The notes: generated by a model from the sequence alone, not told the origin. Shown: positions 51,205 through 61,540, counted from the stretch's first letter. The stretch: 64,000 bases of DNA from Candidatus Poribacteria bacterium (GCA_965214095.1 OZ243938.1:1376001-1440000), one strand, 5' to 3'. Program-made: numbers and translations.

Positions 51205-52134
51205 ATGGACAACCGAACAAGTTCAATAGTGAATCTTTCTGATTATCCATTACTACAGCAAATTGGAAATACACCACTTGCAAGAATTGATCTCTTTAAA
51301 GATGAATTGCCAAATGTTGAGATCTATGCGAAAGTGGAAACCTATAATCCCGGCGGTTCTATAAAAGATAGACCTGTCCTAAGAATGGTAACCGAGGCAA
51401 TTGCATCTGGCGAACTGACACGCGATAAAGTCATATTGGATTCAAGTTCAGGAAACGCAGGAATCGCTTATGCCATGATTGGAGCGATACTTGGATACCA
51501 AGTTGAACTCGTTATCCCAAATAACGCCAGTGAAGAACGGAAAAAACGAATTCGCTCACACGGTGCAAAGATTGTTTATACTGACGCGCTACTCGGATAT
51601 GATGAAGCATTGCGAGAGGTGCAACGCAGATATGAAACAGAACCGGATAGATATTTCTTTAAATCCCAATATGATAATGATAATAACTGGCGCGCACATT
51701 ATGATACAACAGGCAAAGAAATTTGGCAACAAACAGGTGGGAAGATTACGCACTTCGTAGCGGGTGTAGGTACTGGTGGCACCATTACAGGCGTTGGACG
51801 TCGTCTGAAAGAATATGAGCCGAATATTCATATCTGTTCAATAGCACCTGAGGAATTTCCTGGAATTGAAGGATTGAAAAAACTTGGTGGTGCAGAAGAT
51901 ATTGTGCCTAAAATCCTTGATGTAAATATAATTGATAGTCATATTCCTACCACTATTGAAGATGCTTATGATATGTGCACGCGTCTAACAAAGAAAGGTT
52001 GGTTTGTTGGACAATCTTCAGGCGGATATCTATACGGGGCATACAAACTGGCACAAGAAATACAAGAAGGTGTCATCGTCACTGTATTTAATGACCTCGG
52101 TGAAAGGTATTTTAGTACGAGTTTGTGGGATTAA
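51205..52134 (+). CDS. cysM: Cysteine synthase (PLP-dependent, CysM-like)
   Basis: IGNTPL, NPGGSIKDR, SSGNAG, GVGTGGT. Confidence 0.85.
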   Translation: MDNRTSSIVNLSDYPLLQQIGNTPLARIDLFKDELPNVEIYAKVETYNPGGSIKDRPVLRMVTEAIASGELTRDKVILDSSSGNAGIAYAMIGAILGYQVELVIPNNASEERKKRIRSHGAKIVYTDALLGYDEALREVQRRYETEPDRYFFKSQYDNDNNWRAHYDTTGKEIWQQTGGKITHFVAGVGTGGTITGVGRRLKEYEPNIHICSIAPEEFPGIEGLKKLGGAEDIVPKILDVNIIDSHIPTTIEDAYDMCTRLTKKGWFVGQSSGGYLYGAYKLAQEIQEGVIVTVFNDLGERYFSTSLWD

Positions 52135-52181
52135 GCCGGCTATGGTTTTGAGATGTAAACCCTATATGAGAATGGAGATTT

Positions 52182-53444
52182 ATGGAAACTACGGTTGTAC
52201 CCTTTCAAGGCTTGCGTTACAATGTAGAGAAAGTAGGTGATATCGCAGATGTAATTGCACCACCCTACGATGTGATAAAGCCTGAAGAACGTATTGAATT
52301 GGAAGCACACCACCCTCAAAATATCATCCGACTAATTTTGAGCCAACCACAGGATGATGACACTGAAAAAAACAATCAATATATACGTGCTACGGAATTG
52401 ATGCAGCATTGGATGTCAGATAATACACTCGTCCAAGACCCTACTCCCCGTTATTATATCTACGATCAATCATTTACTGCACCAGATGGAAAGCATTATA
52501 CGCGTCGGGCAATAATTGCTCTCGTTAAACTTGAACCGTTTGAGAACAGGGTTATCCTCCCCCATGAAAAGACACATGCTGGGCCGAAAATAGATCGCCT
52601 CAATCTCATGCGTGCTTGCCACGCTAATCTTAGTCCGATATTTCTTCTCTATCAAGATGCTAAAGGCGATATTGAACAAATTATGCAGGATTTTACTGAT
52701 GATAACCCGCCTGAGATAGATTGTCCGAACACTTTTGGGAGCACACATCAATTATGGTGTATGGAGAATCCCGATTCCAATAACAAAATACAGAAACTAT
52801 TTACCGCCAAACCGCTTTTAATCGCAGATGGACATCATAGGTATGAAACTGCACTTGCGTTTAGAGATGAGATGTCTCGACAAAGAGGCATCAACACATC
52901 ACTTGGATATGACTATATGATGGTCAATCTTGTTCGGATGGAATCTCCCGGATTGGCAGTATTGGCAATACATCGCTTGCTCAGCGATCTTACTGCTGAA
53001 CAGATCAATCGTGCTATTGCTGGTATGCCTGAAGTATTTGAGGTACACGAAGTAGACTCCCTTTCAAACCTTATGGCAAAATTGGACACATTTAAAGGGA
53101 AATCTCCTGCTGTTGGGATGTCCACTCCTGACAATAAATTTCGCTTATTGATACCACATTCAACTTCTGAAGGACAATTAGATGTTACGATTGTTCAAGA
53201 TACCATAATTCAGAAACTCTTTAAGATTGAAACATTAGCAGACCATATCAGCTATACCGCTTATACTGATGATGCTGTAGCACATGTAAAAGAGGCTTCT
53301 GATCGTGTCGCATTACTCATGAATCCGACACCTGTGGAACAAGTTTTAGATGTTGCAATGGCAGGATCAGTAATGCCACAGAAATCAACCTACTTCTATC
53401 CGAAGATGGCGACGGGGTTTGTTGTGAATCTGTTGAATAGGTAA
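52182..53444 (+). CDS. DUF1015 family protein
   Basis: APPYDVI, PHEKT, IADGHHRYETA, MPQKSTYFYPK. Confidence 0.9.
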   Translation: METTVVPFQGLRYNVEKVGDIADVIAPPYDVIKPEERIELEAHHPQNIIRLILSQPQDDDTEKNNQYIRATELMQHWMSDNTLVQDPTPRYYIYDQSFTAPDGKHYTRRAIIALVKLEPFENRVILPHEKTHAGPKIDRLNLMRACHANLSPIFLLYQDAKGDIEQIMQDFTDDNPPEIDCPNTFGSTHQLWCMENPDSNNKIQKLFTAKPLLIADGHHRYETALAFRDEMSRQRGINTSLGYDYMMVNLVRMESPGLAVLAIHRLLSDLTAEQINRAIAGMPEVFEVHEVDSLSNLMAKLDTFKGKSPAVGMSTPDNKFRLLIPHSTSEGQLDVTIVQDTIIQKLFKIETLADHISYTAYTDDAVAHVKEASDRVALLMNPTPVEQVLDVAMAGSVMPQKSTYFYPKMATGFVVNLLNR

Positions 53445-53454
53445 TTAGGAAGAT

Positions 53455-54498
53455 ATGATGCCAAATCAACAGTCATTAGACACTTTAGCATTCTCACATC
53501 ACCTATACGATGAAACACCGCGCGAGTTAGAATTCAGTGCTACGAGCAAATCAGAAGCAGAAGCATGGCAGCAGGTGTTACGTGAAAAACTGATAGAATT
53601 GATGGGTGGGTTTCCTTCAACGAAGTACGACTTACAACCAGAAATATTGGAGACACGAGAATTTGAAGGATATAACCGTGAAACAGTGTTGTTCCAAAGT
53701 CGTCCAAAGATGGAAGTCTACGGATATTACCTTACACCAACCCACATAGACATTTCCTCACCTAACGCCACAATTCTGTGTTTGGCGGGACACGGTCGCG
53801 GTGTAGATGACATCGTAGGGATTGAAGAAGATGGCACGATGCGCGAGGAATATGGTGGATATCAAAACGATTTTGCTTTACAATGTTTAGCATACGGGTA
53901 TAATGTCCTTGCTATAGAACAATTCGGTTTCGGTCATAGGAGAGATGAGGTGGCGCGCGGGAGAGGCGGTGGAAGTTCTTCCTGTCAACCGAGTTCGGGT
54001 GCCGCATTGCTACTCGGACAAACGATGGTTGGTTGGAGAGTCTACGATGCTATACGTGCTTATGATTACCTAAAAACGCGTCCTGAAGTAGACATGAACA
54101 GACTCGGAATTATGGGGATCTCAGGTGGCGGAACAACTTCGTTCTACACGGCTGCAGTTGATCAACGGGTGAAGGCTGCGGTAATTAGTGGATATTTCAA
54201 TACTTTCAAGGATAGCATATTGAGTATTAGTCATTGTATGGACAATTATATTCCGAATGTGTTAAAATATGCTGAGATGCATGATATTGCAGGATTAATC
54301 GCACCACGCGCACTTTTCGCGGAGTCCGGCACTGAAGATACAATTTTTCCGATTGATGCTACCCGATACGCTGTGGAACGCGCAAAGTCAATTTATAAAC
54401 ACTTCAACGCAGAAGACAACTTAGGTCTTGAAGTGTTTGAAGCAGGACACAGTTTTTATGGAGTCGGCGCGTTTGAATTTCTAAAGAAGGTCTTGTAA
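53455..54498 (+). CDS. Alpha/beta hydrolase (acetyl-xylan esterase/dienelactone hydrolase-like)
   Basis: GISGGG nucleophile elbow, HCMDNYIP, APR, GH. Confidence 0.85.
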   Translation: MMPNQQSLDTLAFSHHLYDETPRELEFSATSKSEAEAWQQVLREKLIELMGGFPSTKYDLQPEILETREFEGYNRETVLFQSRPKMEVYGYYLTPTHIDISSPNATILCLAGHGRGVDDIVGIEEDGTMREEYGGYQNDFALQCLAYGYNVLAIEQFGFGHRRDEVARGRGGGSSSCQPSSGAALLLGQTMVGWRVYDAIRAYDYLKTRPEVDMNRLGIMGISGGGTTSFYTAAVDQRVKAAVISGYFNTFKDSILSISHCMDNYIPNVLKYAEMHDIAGLIAPRALFAESGTEDTIFPIDATRYAVERAKSIYKHFNAEDNLGLEVFEAGHSFYGVGAFEFLKKVL

Positions 54499-54510
54499 AA
54501 GGAGTAGTGA

Positions 54511-55308
54511 GTGGCAATAGAGTTATTTTCAATTGGCACTGAGTTAGTACTCGGTCAAATTCAGGATACCAATGCACACTGGATCGCGCAGCAAATTCTA
54601 CAACTCGGTGGGGAACTACGACGGGTTACCATGCTACGCGATAACTTTGATGAGATGACTGAAGCGTTAGGTTCTTCAATCCAACGTGAGAGTGCACTCA
54701 TCTTAACAACAGGGGGACTCGGACCCACACCAGATGATATGACTGTGGAAGTTATTGCTTCACTCATCGGGACAAAAATTATTGTCAGTGATGAGACTAT
54801 CTCGGAATATCGTAAACGCCGTGAGATGTCAGAGGATGATCCGCTCAATGAAGCATTGACGAAAATGGCAACTATACCTGAGACAGCACAAGTCCTTCAG
54901 AATCCAGCAGGATGGGCACCGTGTATTAGTGTAGAACATCAGAATTCAACTATTATGATGATGCCAGGTCCACCGCGAGAGATGAAGGCGATCTTTGAAA
55001 CACATATCAAACCCTTAATAGTAGAACGTTACCGTTCAGAAATTAGCACGGCACGCGTTCATGTAAATATGTTTGAAGCTGAAGTTTCACCACTGATGCA
55101 AAAGGTGATGGAACGACATCCAGAAGTATATCTAAAGGCTTATGTTTCCCTACGTGAAGTAGGTGGAAACACTATGCCTGTAGATATTGTTTCTACATGC
55201 GACGATAGAGAGGAGTCTGAAAAACAACTTCAATTAGCTATTAACTTTTTCAAGGAACTTGTTCTTGAATCAGGAAAAACTTTCAGTCACGATGAACCGT
55301 CTGAATAA
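54511..55308 (+). CDS. CinA-like molybdopterin-binding domain protein (no PncC domain)
   Basis: IGTELVLG..DTN, TGGLGPTPDDMT, PGPPREM. Confidence 0.85.
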   Translation: MAIELFSIGTELVLGQIQDTNAHWIAQQILQLGGELRRVTMLRDNFDEMTEALGSSIQRESALILTTGGLGPTPDDMTVEVIASLIGTKIIVSDETISEYRKRREMSEDDPLNEALTKMATIPETAQVLQNPAGWAPCISVEHQNSTIMMMPGPPREMKAIFETHIKPLIVERYRSEISTARVHVNMFEAEVSPLMQKVMERHPEVYLKAYVSLREVGGNTMPVDIVSTCDDREESEKQLQLAINFFKELVLESGKTFSHDEPSE

Positions 55309-55376
55309 ATTTACATATGTATTGTCGGCAATAAAGGGCATGACAATACAGATATATTTGTAAGGAGAATTATATT

Positions 55377-55748
55377 TTGAATCGTAGACCATCAGGAAAT
55401 AGGAAAAAGCCGCAATCAAGGTTTTCAAACCAACGAGGAAGAAATCGAAAAAAACCACAAAAAAAGAAGACTCAACAAGATGATGCAGTTGATGTCAATG
55501 CTGAGACAGAAGAAGTTGAATCCTCATCATCTAAAAAAGATAAAATTGAGGTAGAAGGTGTTGTCGTTGAGCCTTTACCGAATGCAATGTTCCGTGTAGA
55601 ATTGGAGAATAAACATAGAATACTTGCACATATCTCTGGTAGGATGCGTAAATTCTTCATCAAAATTGAACCTGGAGATAAAGTTACTGTAGAACTCTCT
55701 CCTTACGATTTGACACGTGGACGCATCACTTATCGTAAGACGAAGTAA
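55377..55748 (+). CDS. infA: Translation initiation factor IF-1 with an N-terminal extension
   Basis: [40 protein letters not shown]; AAGGAG upstream of TTG. Confidence 0.93.
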   Translation: MNRRPSGNRKKPQSRFSNQRGRNRKKPQKKKTQQDDAVDVNAETEEVESSSSKKDKIEVEGVVVEPLPNAMFRVELENKHRILAHISGRMRKFFIKIEPGDKVTVELSPYDLTRGRITYRKTK

Positions 55749-55862
55749 TACCAAATCTAAGAATCACATTTCCTTTAAGAAAGAGACTGTTTGTAGTCGC
55801 GCAATTTATTGCGCCTATTACATTCTTGCTCAAAAGGGAAGTCATTTATAGAAACGGTATAA
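55746..55862. repeat. REP/MITE-like element, copy B
   Basis: Core GTAGTCGCGCAATTTATTGCGCC at 55793; ends ATACCAAATCTA...TAGAAACGGTAT are imperfect inverted repeats. Confidence 0.6.
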
Positions 55863-55903
55863 CATATTCAAGATTTTGCTTCTGAACTCTTTAGGATAGT
55901 GTC

Positions 55904-56728
55904 ATGAACCCCGCAACCTTAGTTTATATCAATAGTAATGAAGAAAAAGAGATAAATAGATTACTTCAGACTATTGAGGAAAAACGTGCGCAGGTTGAAG
56001 AACTCACTGTGTCTATGGAAAACCTAAAGACTGAAGTGGATCTGTTTCAACATCGTTATAATGCTCATGTTGGGCGTTATTATCTTGAACTTGATGAAGT
56101 TGACCTTGAATCAAAGGAATTCCGCCTTCGTCTACAATTGCGACGCGAAGACATCTCTGAAGATGAAATTGAGGCGCGTGTGGAAGCCTGCTTTCGGGAA
56201 AACCGAGCACGTATCAACGCAGCCACAGAACAATCAGAATCTGATGAAGACGCTCAAACAAACAATCTGCCAGACGTAGAAGCGAAGTATTTGCAGAAAC
56301 TTTATAGAAAACTCGCGAAACGGTTTCATCCAGATAAATCCGAGGAGAGTGATGAACAGAAGCGGCGGTCACAATTGATGCCGTTGATCAATCGAGCATA
56401 TAAAGAAAACGATATCCAAATCCTTGAAAGGCTAAGTTTTGGAGAAACTGAGGCTACACTGCAGACTGAAGAATCAATCTCGCAAAAAATGGAACGACTT
56501 CATATTGAACTACGTAGTCTGAACCGGGCAACAAGTGAATTACGATCTGATATTAATCGGGTTAAAGCGGGACGTACCTATCAACTAAAACAACAAGTTG
56601 AAACCGCAGAAAAAAAAGGGAATGACCTGCTGACAACACTCGCAGCAGATATCAAACGAAAAGTTCAGTCAAGTCGGGCACAGCTGACACGATTGAAAAA
56701 TCTGTGGGGTGGAAATAAAAAAACATAG
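55904..56728 (+). CDS. Coiled-coil protein with an internal J-domain
   Basis: LYRKLAKRFHPD...INRAY. Confidence 0.8.
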   Translation: MNPATLVYINSNEEKEINRLLQTIEEKRAQVEELTVSMENLKTEVDLFQHRYNAHVGRYYLELDEVDLESKEFRLRLQLRREDISEDEIEARVEACFRENRARINAATEQSESDEDAQTNNLPDVEAKYLQKLYRKLAKRFHPDKSEESDEQKRRSQLMPLINRAYKENDIQILERLSFGETEATLQTEESISQKMERLHIELRSLNRATSELRSDINRVKAGRTYQLKQQVETAEKKGNDLLTTLAADIKRKVQSSRAQLTRLKNLWGGNKKT

Positions 56729-56782
56729 TCAACCAGAAACCTACATATTGGATTTTCATGGGCATTTTGTAAGGAATAAGAC

Positions 56783-57517
56783 ATGCAACTCAAAGACAAA
56801 GTCGCTTTAATAACTGGCGGTGGACGTGGTATCGGCAGAGCCATTGCTATCGGTTATGCTGCTGAAGGTGCGAAGGTCGTTATCACTGCACGAAGTCAGG
56901 ACCAGCTTGACGAAGTGACAAATGTTATATCAACACAAGGTGGAGATGTCCTCGCAGTGCAAGCGGATATACGGAATCGTGCTGAGGTAGAGAACCTTGT
57001 CCAACAGACAATAGAAAAATATGGACAGATAGATATCCTTGTCAACAATGCTGGCATCAATCCCAGAGGGTTCTTTTTAGAAACAACTGACGAAGAGTGG
57101 GATGAAGTTTGGAAGATCAATGTCATGGGTGTTGTTCACTGTTGTCGTGCGGTGTTGCCGATAATGCAACAGCAAGGAAGCGGCAATATTATCAACATCG
57201 GTTCTGGTATGGGACAGGTCAGTCATGCGAATCTCAGTATTTATTGTGCATCAAAAGCAGCATTACACGGATTGACACAAGCAATTGCAGAAGAGGTGTG
57301 GGAAGATGGAATCATAGCCAATGTTCTCATACCCGGTCCCGTCAAAACAGAACTCTCAAGACCTGTTTGGGAAGGCGATAAGATATTCAGAGCACAGAGC
57401 GACCCGTGGAAGGACCCAGAGAAAGTTGTTGCTTCGGCCTTGTTTCTTGCTTCACAACCGACTGATAGCGGTATGACTGGTCAGATTCTTAGCATTATGC
57501 GACGAAATAGTCCGTAA
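56783..57517 (+). CDS. Short-chain dehydrogenase/reductase
   Basis: TGGGRGIG, NNAG, YCASK. Confidence 0.93.
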   Translation: MQLKDKVALITGGGRGIGRAIAIGYAAEGAKVVITARSQDQLDEVTNVISTQGGDVLAVQADIRNRAEVENLVQQTIEKYGQIDILVNNAGINPRGFFLETTDEEWDEVWKINVMGVVHCCRAVLPIMQQQGSGNIINIGSGMGQVSHANLSIYCASKAALHGLTQAIAEEVWEDGIIANVLIPGPVKTELSRPVWEGDKIFRAQSDPWKDPEKVVASALFLASQPTDSGMTGQILSIMRRNSP

Positions 57518-57522
57518 CTGTC

Positions 57523-59469
57523 CTATTTCTGTTCTGAAGTTTTGGTATTGGCTGCAATATTCCACAAGATGGCATTTCCATCAGCAGTGCCATACACAAT
57601 CTGTTTCCCATCAGGACTAAATCTAACACTGTCTATTGGCCTTCTATACCAATAGACTTCCTTCCTATGCTTGGCAGTGGATATATCCCATAATCGTATG
57701 GAACCATCAGAACCACCACTTGCGAGTGCCTTACCATCCGGACTAAATGCTACACATTTAACACTTACTCTATCTCCTCCGAATGTTTTCTTAGTCCTAC
57801 CAGTTTTTGTATCCACAAAACGGATTGCTGACTTTTTCCATTCACCATCGGTTGCGAGTATCTTACTATCTGGACTGAACACTAAAAAATCAACTCCACC
57901 CAACAGTCTGGGTAGTTTTAGTTTTGTTCTTCCTGTTTTGGCATCCCAAATTCGGATGTCTCCATCATCAGAACTACTCGCAAGCATTTTCCCATCTGGA
58001 CTGAAGGCAAGGTGTTCAATAATACTTGTATTTTCCAATAGTATCTTCTTTAGTTTTCCGGTTTTAGTATCATATAGACCGATTGGTTCTTGATTATCAC
58101 TATTGATATCAATAAACTGTCGGACAAGTAAGTAAAGATTCCATGTTGGCAGGATCGCATCTCTACCTCCTGCTGCGAGCAGGCGACCATCTGGACTGAG
58201 TGCTATACTCCACAGGTCTTCAGTATGTGTACCGATCACTCGTGTTGTTTTCCCTGATTTCATATCCGATAGATGAGTAGTCCAGTAACCATCACCAGTT
58301 GCAAGTATCTTCCCGTCTGAACTAAACGCTATGTGGTCAATATACTCGGTATGTCCTTCAAGTATTTTCTTCGTCTTTCCGGTTGTTTTGTCCCATAGGT
58401 GTATAGTTCCATCCATACATCCACTTGCGAGTGTGTGTCCATCTGGACTAGCAACTGTTATTCTGACATCCTTTGCAGGTGCTCTGAGTATTTTCATGTT
58501 GTGTGTATCTAAATCCCACAAGTTTATATTACCGTTCCATAATCCTATAGCAAGCGTCCAACTATCCGGACTGAAATCCATACATGCAACGCTTGATCCA
58601 ACCCATAGTATTTGTTTTTCATTGTGGGTGTTTGTATCCCAAATTCGTATAGTTCGGTCATCACTGCCGCTTGCCAATGTTCTGCCATTAGGACTAAGTG
58701 CGACACAACGCACCTTCTTCTCATGTTCTTTGATGATAGTTTTTGCTTCGGTTTTATTAATGTCCCATAGTCTGATTGTCCAGTCATCACCACAACTAAT
58801 TAATGTCTGTTCATCTGGACTAAATGCTACATTTCTAACTAAGCCGTTATGTCCGGTATAAGTTTTTACTGCTTTTCCTGTCTTTGTATCCCACAATCGG
58901 ATAGTCCCATCGTTACCACAACTTACAAGCATTTCCCCATCCTTACTAAATTCAATACAAGTAATGGGGCCATTATGTCCGATATAAGTTTCCACAATTT
59001 TACCTGTGTTATAATCCCACAATTGTATTGATCCATTAGAATTTCCATTTGCCAGTAACTTTCCATTCGGACTAAATGCTATAGAATAGACAGGTCCAGC
59101 ATCTGTACTGATAGTTTTCTTCGTCTTTCCTGTTACTGCATCCCATATTCGGACTGTTCTGTCTTCACCTCCACTCGCGAGTAGAAGTCCGTTATTTTCT
59201 GAAGATGCATGGAATGTGAGAGCATTTACACGTCTTGTGTGTCCTGTGAGTATCTGCTTAGTTTCATCTGTTGATGTATCCCATATACGGATGGTATTGT
59301 CAGCACTTCCACTTGCAAGCGTTAACCCATCTGGACTGAAAGCGATACAATAGACATAATCGGTATGACCAGATAGAGGTGTATAGAAGTAATATTCTGC
59401 ATAAGTATTTGGAAGAAAGGTGAGCGTAACACATACAAAGCTGATAATCATAACCAACTGATGTTTCAT
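57523..59469 (-). CDS. Secreted WD40-repeat protein (about 14 repeats)
   Basis: Signal peptide; repeated GH...AFSPDG..LASG..D.TIR.WD. Confidence 0.92.
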   Translation of the reverse strand: MKHQLVMIISFVCVTLTFLPNTYAEYYFYTPLSGHTDYVYCIAFSPDGLTLASGSADNTIRIWDTSTDETKQILTGHTRRVNALTFHASSENNGLLLASGGEDRTVRIWDAVTGKTKKTISTDAGPVYSIAFSPNGKLLANGNSNGSIQLWDYNTGKIVETYIGHNGPITCIEFSKDGEMLVSCGNDGTIRLWDTKTGKAVKTYTGHNGLVRNVAFSPDEQTLISCGDDWTIRLWDINKTEAKTIIKEHEKKVRCVALSPNGRTLASGSDDRTIRIWDTNTHNEKQILWVGSSVACMDFSPDSWTLAIGLWNGNINLWDLDTHNMKILRAPAKDVRITVASPDGHTLASGCMDGTIHLWDKTTGKTKKILEGHTEYIDHIAFSSDGKILATGDGYWTTHLSDMKSGKTTRVIGTHTEDLWSIALSPDGRLLAAGGRDAILPTWNLYLLVRQFIDINSDNQEPIGLYDTKTGKLKKILLENTSIIEHLAFSPDGKMLASSSDDGDIRIWDAKTGRTKLKLPRLLGGVDFLVFSPDSKILATDGEWKKSAIRFVDTKTGRTKKTFGGDRVSVKCVAFSPDGKALASGGSDGSIRLWDISTAKHRKEVYWYRRPIDSVRFSPDGKQIVYGTADGNAILWNIAANTKTSEQK

Positions 59470-59581
59470 GTGTGTCTCCTAATCTAAAATAGGTTGCTTT
59501 AAGTCACATTTGAATAACACTTTGCTGTTTTGTTGGTAGATATCAGTTGTTTCTTCATTATTGCCAATAACCCATTGATGC

Positions 59582-59615
59582 AAAAACGCACCGAGTGAGA
59601 TGTTCAACTCGGTGC
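59582..59615 (-). terminator. Intrinsic terminator
   Basis: GCACCGAGT...ACTCGGTGC stem followed by TTTTT on the minus strand. Confidence 0.7.
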
Positions 59616-59639
59616 TACTTGTAGATTTATATTGCTATG

Positions 59640-60692
59640 CTATAGTGGAAATTGCACGCGTCTTCCTTCTTCAGCTGAACGATAAGCACCTAAAACCATC
59701 TCCACAGATACCCGTCCTGCTTCAACTGATACATCGGGTTCTGTATCATTTTTCAAACAATCAATAAACGGACGAGGGACACCTGCAATCCGTTCACCAT
59801 GGTTGTTTGGAATTGCAATTCCAAGGTCTTTCCACGAAGGATGTTCAGTCGTATACAATTTCAACGCGACTGCATCTTCTGGACGTGGTATGTTACAAGA
59901 AGGACCATCTCCGTAGTTCTGAATGACAACGCCTTTATCACCATATATTTCTGTCGTATTTTCACCAGCATGTGTAACGGATGTATTTATCAGGATAGCC
60001 ATTTCACCACTCGGAAACCGGTAAATTGCAACACCAGTATCATCGGGTGCGACATCTGTCAGGACATTATCTATTTCTGCCATAACACTACTCGGTTTTC
60101 CCAGCATCCAATAGATAAAATCAGTGGCATGGGATGCGTCATCCATAAACATACCCATATTCATTTCTGGGTCAATGTGCCAACGACTCGGTCCTGTTAC
60201 AAAGGCTTCATTGAAAAGAACATTGATACAGTGTCGTCTGCGGAGCAATCCTATTTTTCCTAAAGCTCCGCTTTTAATCAGTTCCTTCATTCTTATGTTC
60301 GCAGGATCGCGACGCATTTGGTGTGCCATCATAAACTTCACACCAGATTTTTCAACTTCCTCCGCAATCTTATCGCAATCGTCTAAGGTAAGTGCCATCG
60401 GTTTTTGGCAAAGAATATGTTTCCCCGCAGATGCTGCAGCTGCGACCATTTCAGCATGCCGATTTGTTTCACAGGTCACAATAACAGCGTCTATTTCTTT
60501 ATTATTTACAACATCTTCAAGGTGAGGTGAGAAACGCATCTTGAATTGATTTGCAGCATTTTCTCCGCGATCTATGTTGTCGTCCCAACATGCGATGAGT
60601 TTTACATCATCAAACCCCATCATTTTGTTGCAATACGCATTTGCATGTCCGTGTGCGAAACTTATTATACCGATACCAATTTTTGTATTCAT
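59640..60692 (-). CDS. Gfo/Idh/MocA oxidoreductase
   Basis: GKHILCQKPMA, DDASHATD; ATG overlaps the vapC TGA (ATGA). Confidence 0.88.
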   Translation of the reverse strand: MNTKIGIGIISFAHGHANAYCNKMMGFDDVKLIACWDDNIDRGENAANQFKMRFSPHLEDVVNNKEIDAVIVTCETNRHAEMVAAAASAGKHILCQKPMALTLDDCDKIAEEVEKSGVKFMMAHQMRRDPANIRMKELIKSGALGKIGLLRRRHCINVLFNEAFVTGPSRWHIDPEMNMGMFMDDASHATDFIYWMLGKPSSVMAEIDNVLTDVAPDDTGVAIYRFPSGEMAILINTSVTHAGENTTEIYGDKGVVIQNYGDGPSCNIPRPEDAVALKLYTTEHPSWKDLGIAIPNNHGERIAGVPRPFIDCLKNDTEPDVSVEAGRVSVEMVLGAYRSAEEGRRVQFPL

Positions 60693-61192
60693 ATATGCAT
60701 TACCCACTTCGTTAGTTCCTGTTGTGCATCTGTTTCCGGATTGAATACCAATAAACCTTCTGATTCAGCACCACTGTTTAGAAGTTGATCAGAGGACACG
60801 AGAACCAACCTATTTCCAGTCTTCCAGAGAGATCTTGTAACATCAACTGCAGAACGGAGCAATATGGCATTAACACTATTGAGTGAATATGCCTGAATCA
60901 TAGGCATTGAACTTAATATCAGAGAATCCTCAATAGACATTATATGGAAATCAGAGTGACTGTCTAAAATCTCAGATTCTAAGTTTATACTTGCTTGAGA
61001 AAAGTCATCTTCGTTGATTCTTCTATCAATCTTCTTACGAAAAAATATCCAATATAACTCAGTAATAGCCATTATTGAACACATCATACGGTTCATTGGT
61101 AAGTTAGAAAAAATGAAATTTATATGTTCACTACCAGGCTCTTTAGTATAACGTTTAACCAATGCACTTGCGTCAAAATAAAAATAGTACAT
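60689..61192 (-). CDS. VapC/PIN-domain protein
   Basis: FDASALVKRY..E.GS, TE, VSSDQLL..AESEGL. Confidence 0.85.
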   Translation of the reverse strand: MYYFYFDASALVKRYTKEPGSEHINFIFSNLPMNRMMCSIMAITELYWIFFRKKIDRRINEDDFSQASINLESEILDSHSDFHIMSIEDSLILSSMPMIQAYSLNSVNAILLRSAVDVTRSLWKTGNRLVLVSSDQLLNSGAESEGLLVFNPETDAQQELTKWVMHI

Positions 61193-61194
61193 AC

Positions 61195-61377
61195 TTATCT
61201 ATATCTTTCCTCAATAATTGCCCGACTACATTCGTTATCAATTAGACGAATTCTGCTCTTTTCCATACGTTCTTGTAATTCTTCCGCAGGAATAGGCTCA
61301 CCATAAATTTCCATAACCTTAAAAACTTCTTGAACAAGTTTTGCATGTTCTTCTTTGTTTATTTCAAAATGTGCCAT
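61195..61377 (-). CDS. Putative antitoxin
   Basis: 60 aa, 2 nt upstream of the PIN gene; C-terminal SRAIIEER typical of VapB tails. Confidence 0.65.
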   Translation of the reverse strand: MAHFEINKEEHAKLVQEVFKVMEIYGEPIPAEELQERMEKSRIRLIDNECSRAIIEERYR

Positions 61378-61394
61378 TACTTTTCCACCTGTAC

Positions 61395-61523
61395 TTAAAA
61401 TTCGTCTTGCTCCTGTTTTTCTAAATGATCAACAAGCACAGAAACTATTTCCTTCAACTCAGTAATGCCTTTTTCAAGTCTATCTAATCGTTCCAAGACA
61501 GTTTCAAGCGTAACTTTTGCCAT
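61395..61523 (-). CDS. Unannotated 42-aa coiled-coil protein
   Basis: AGGAGGT RBS at 61537-61531; MAKVTLETVLERLDRLEKGITELKEIVSVLVDHLEKQEQDEF*. Confidence 0.7.
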   Translation of the reverse strand: MAKVTLETVLERLDRLEKGITELKEIVSVLVDHLEKQEQDEF

Positions 61524-61540
61524 CGTTAATACCTCCTATA

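Noticed and set aside
57600-59350. Recurring CCATCTGGACT-like repeats
   Set aside because: Encode the SPDG of WD40 repeats
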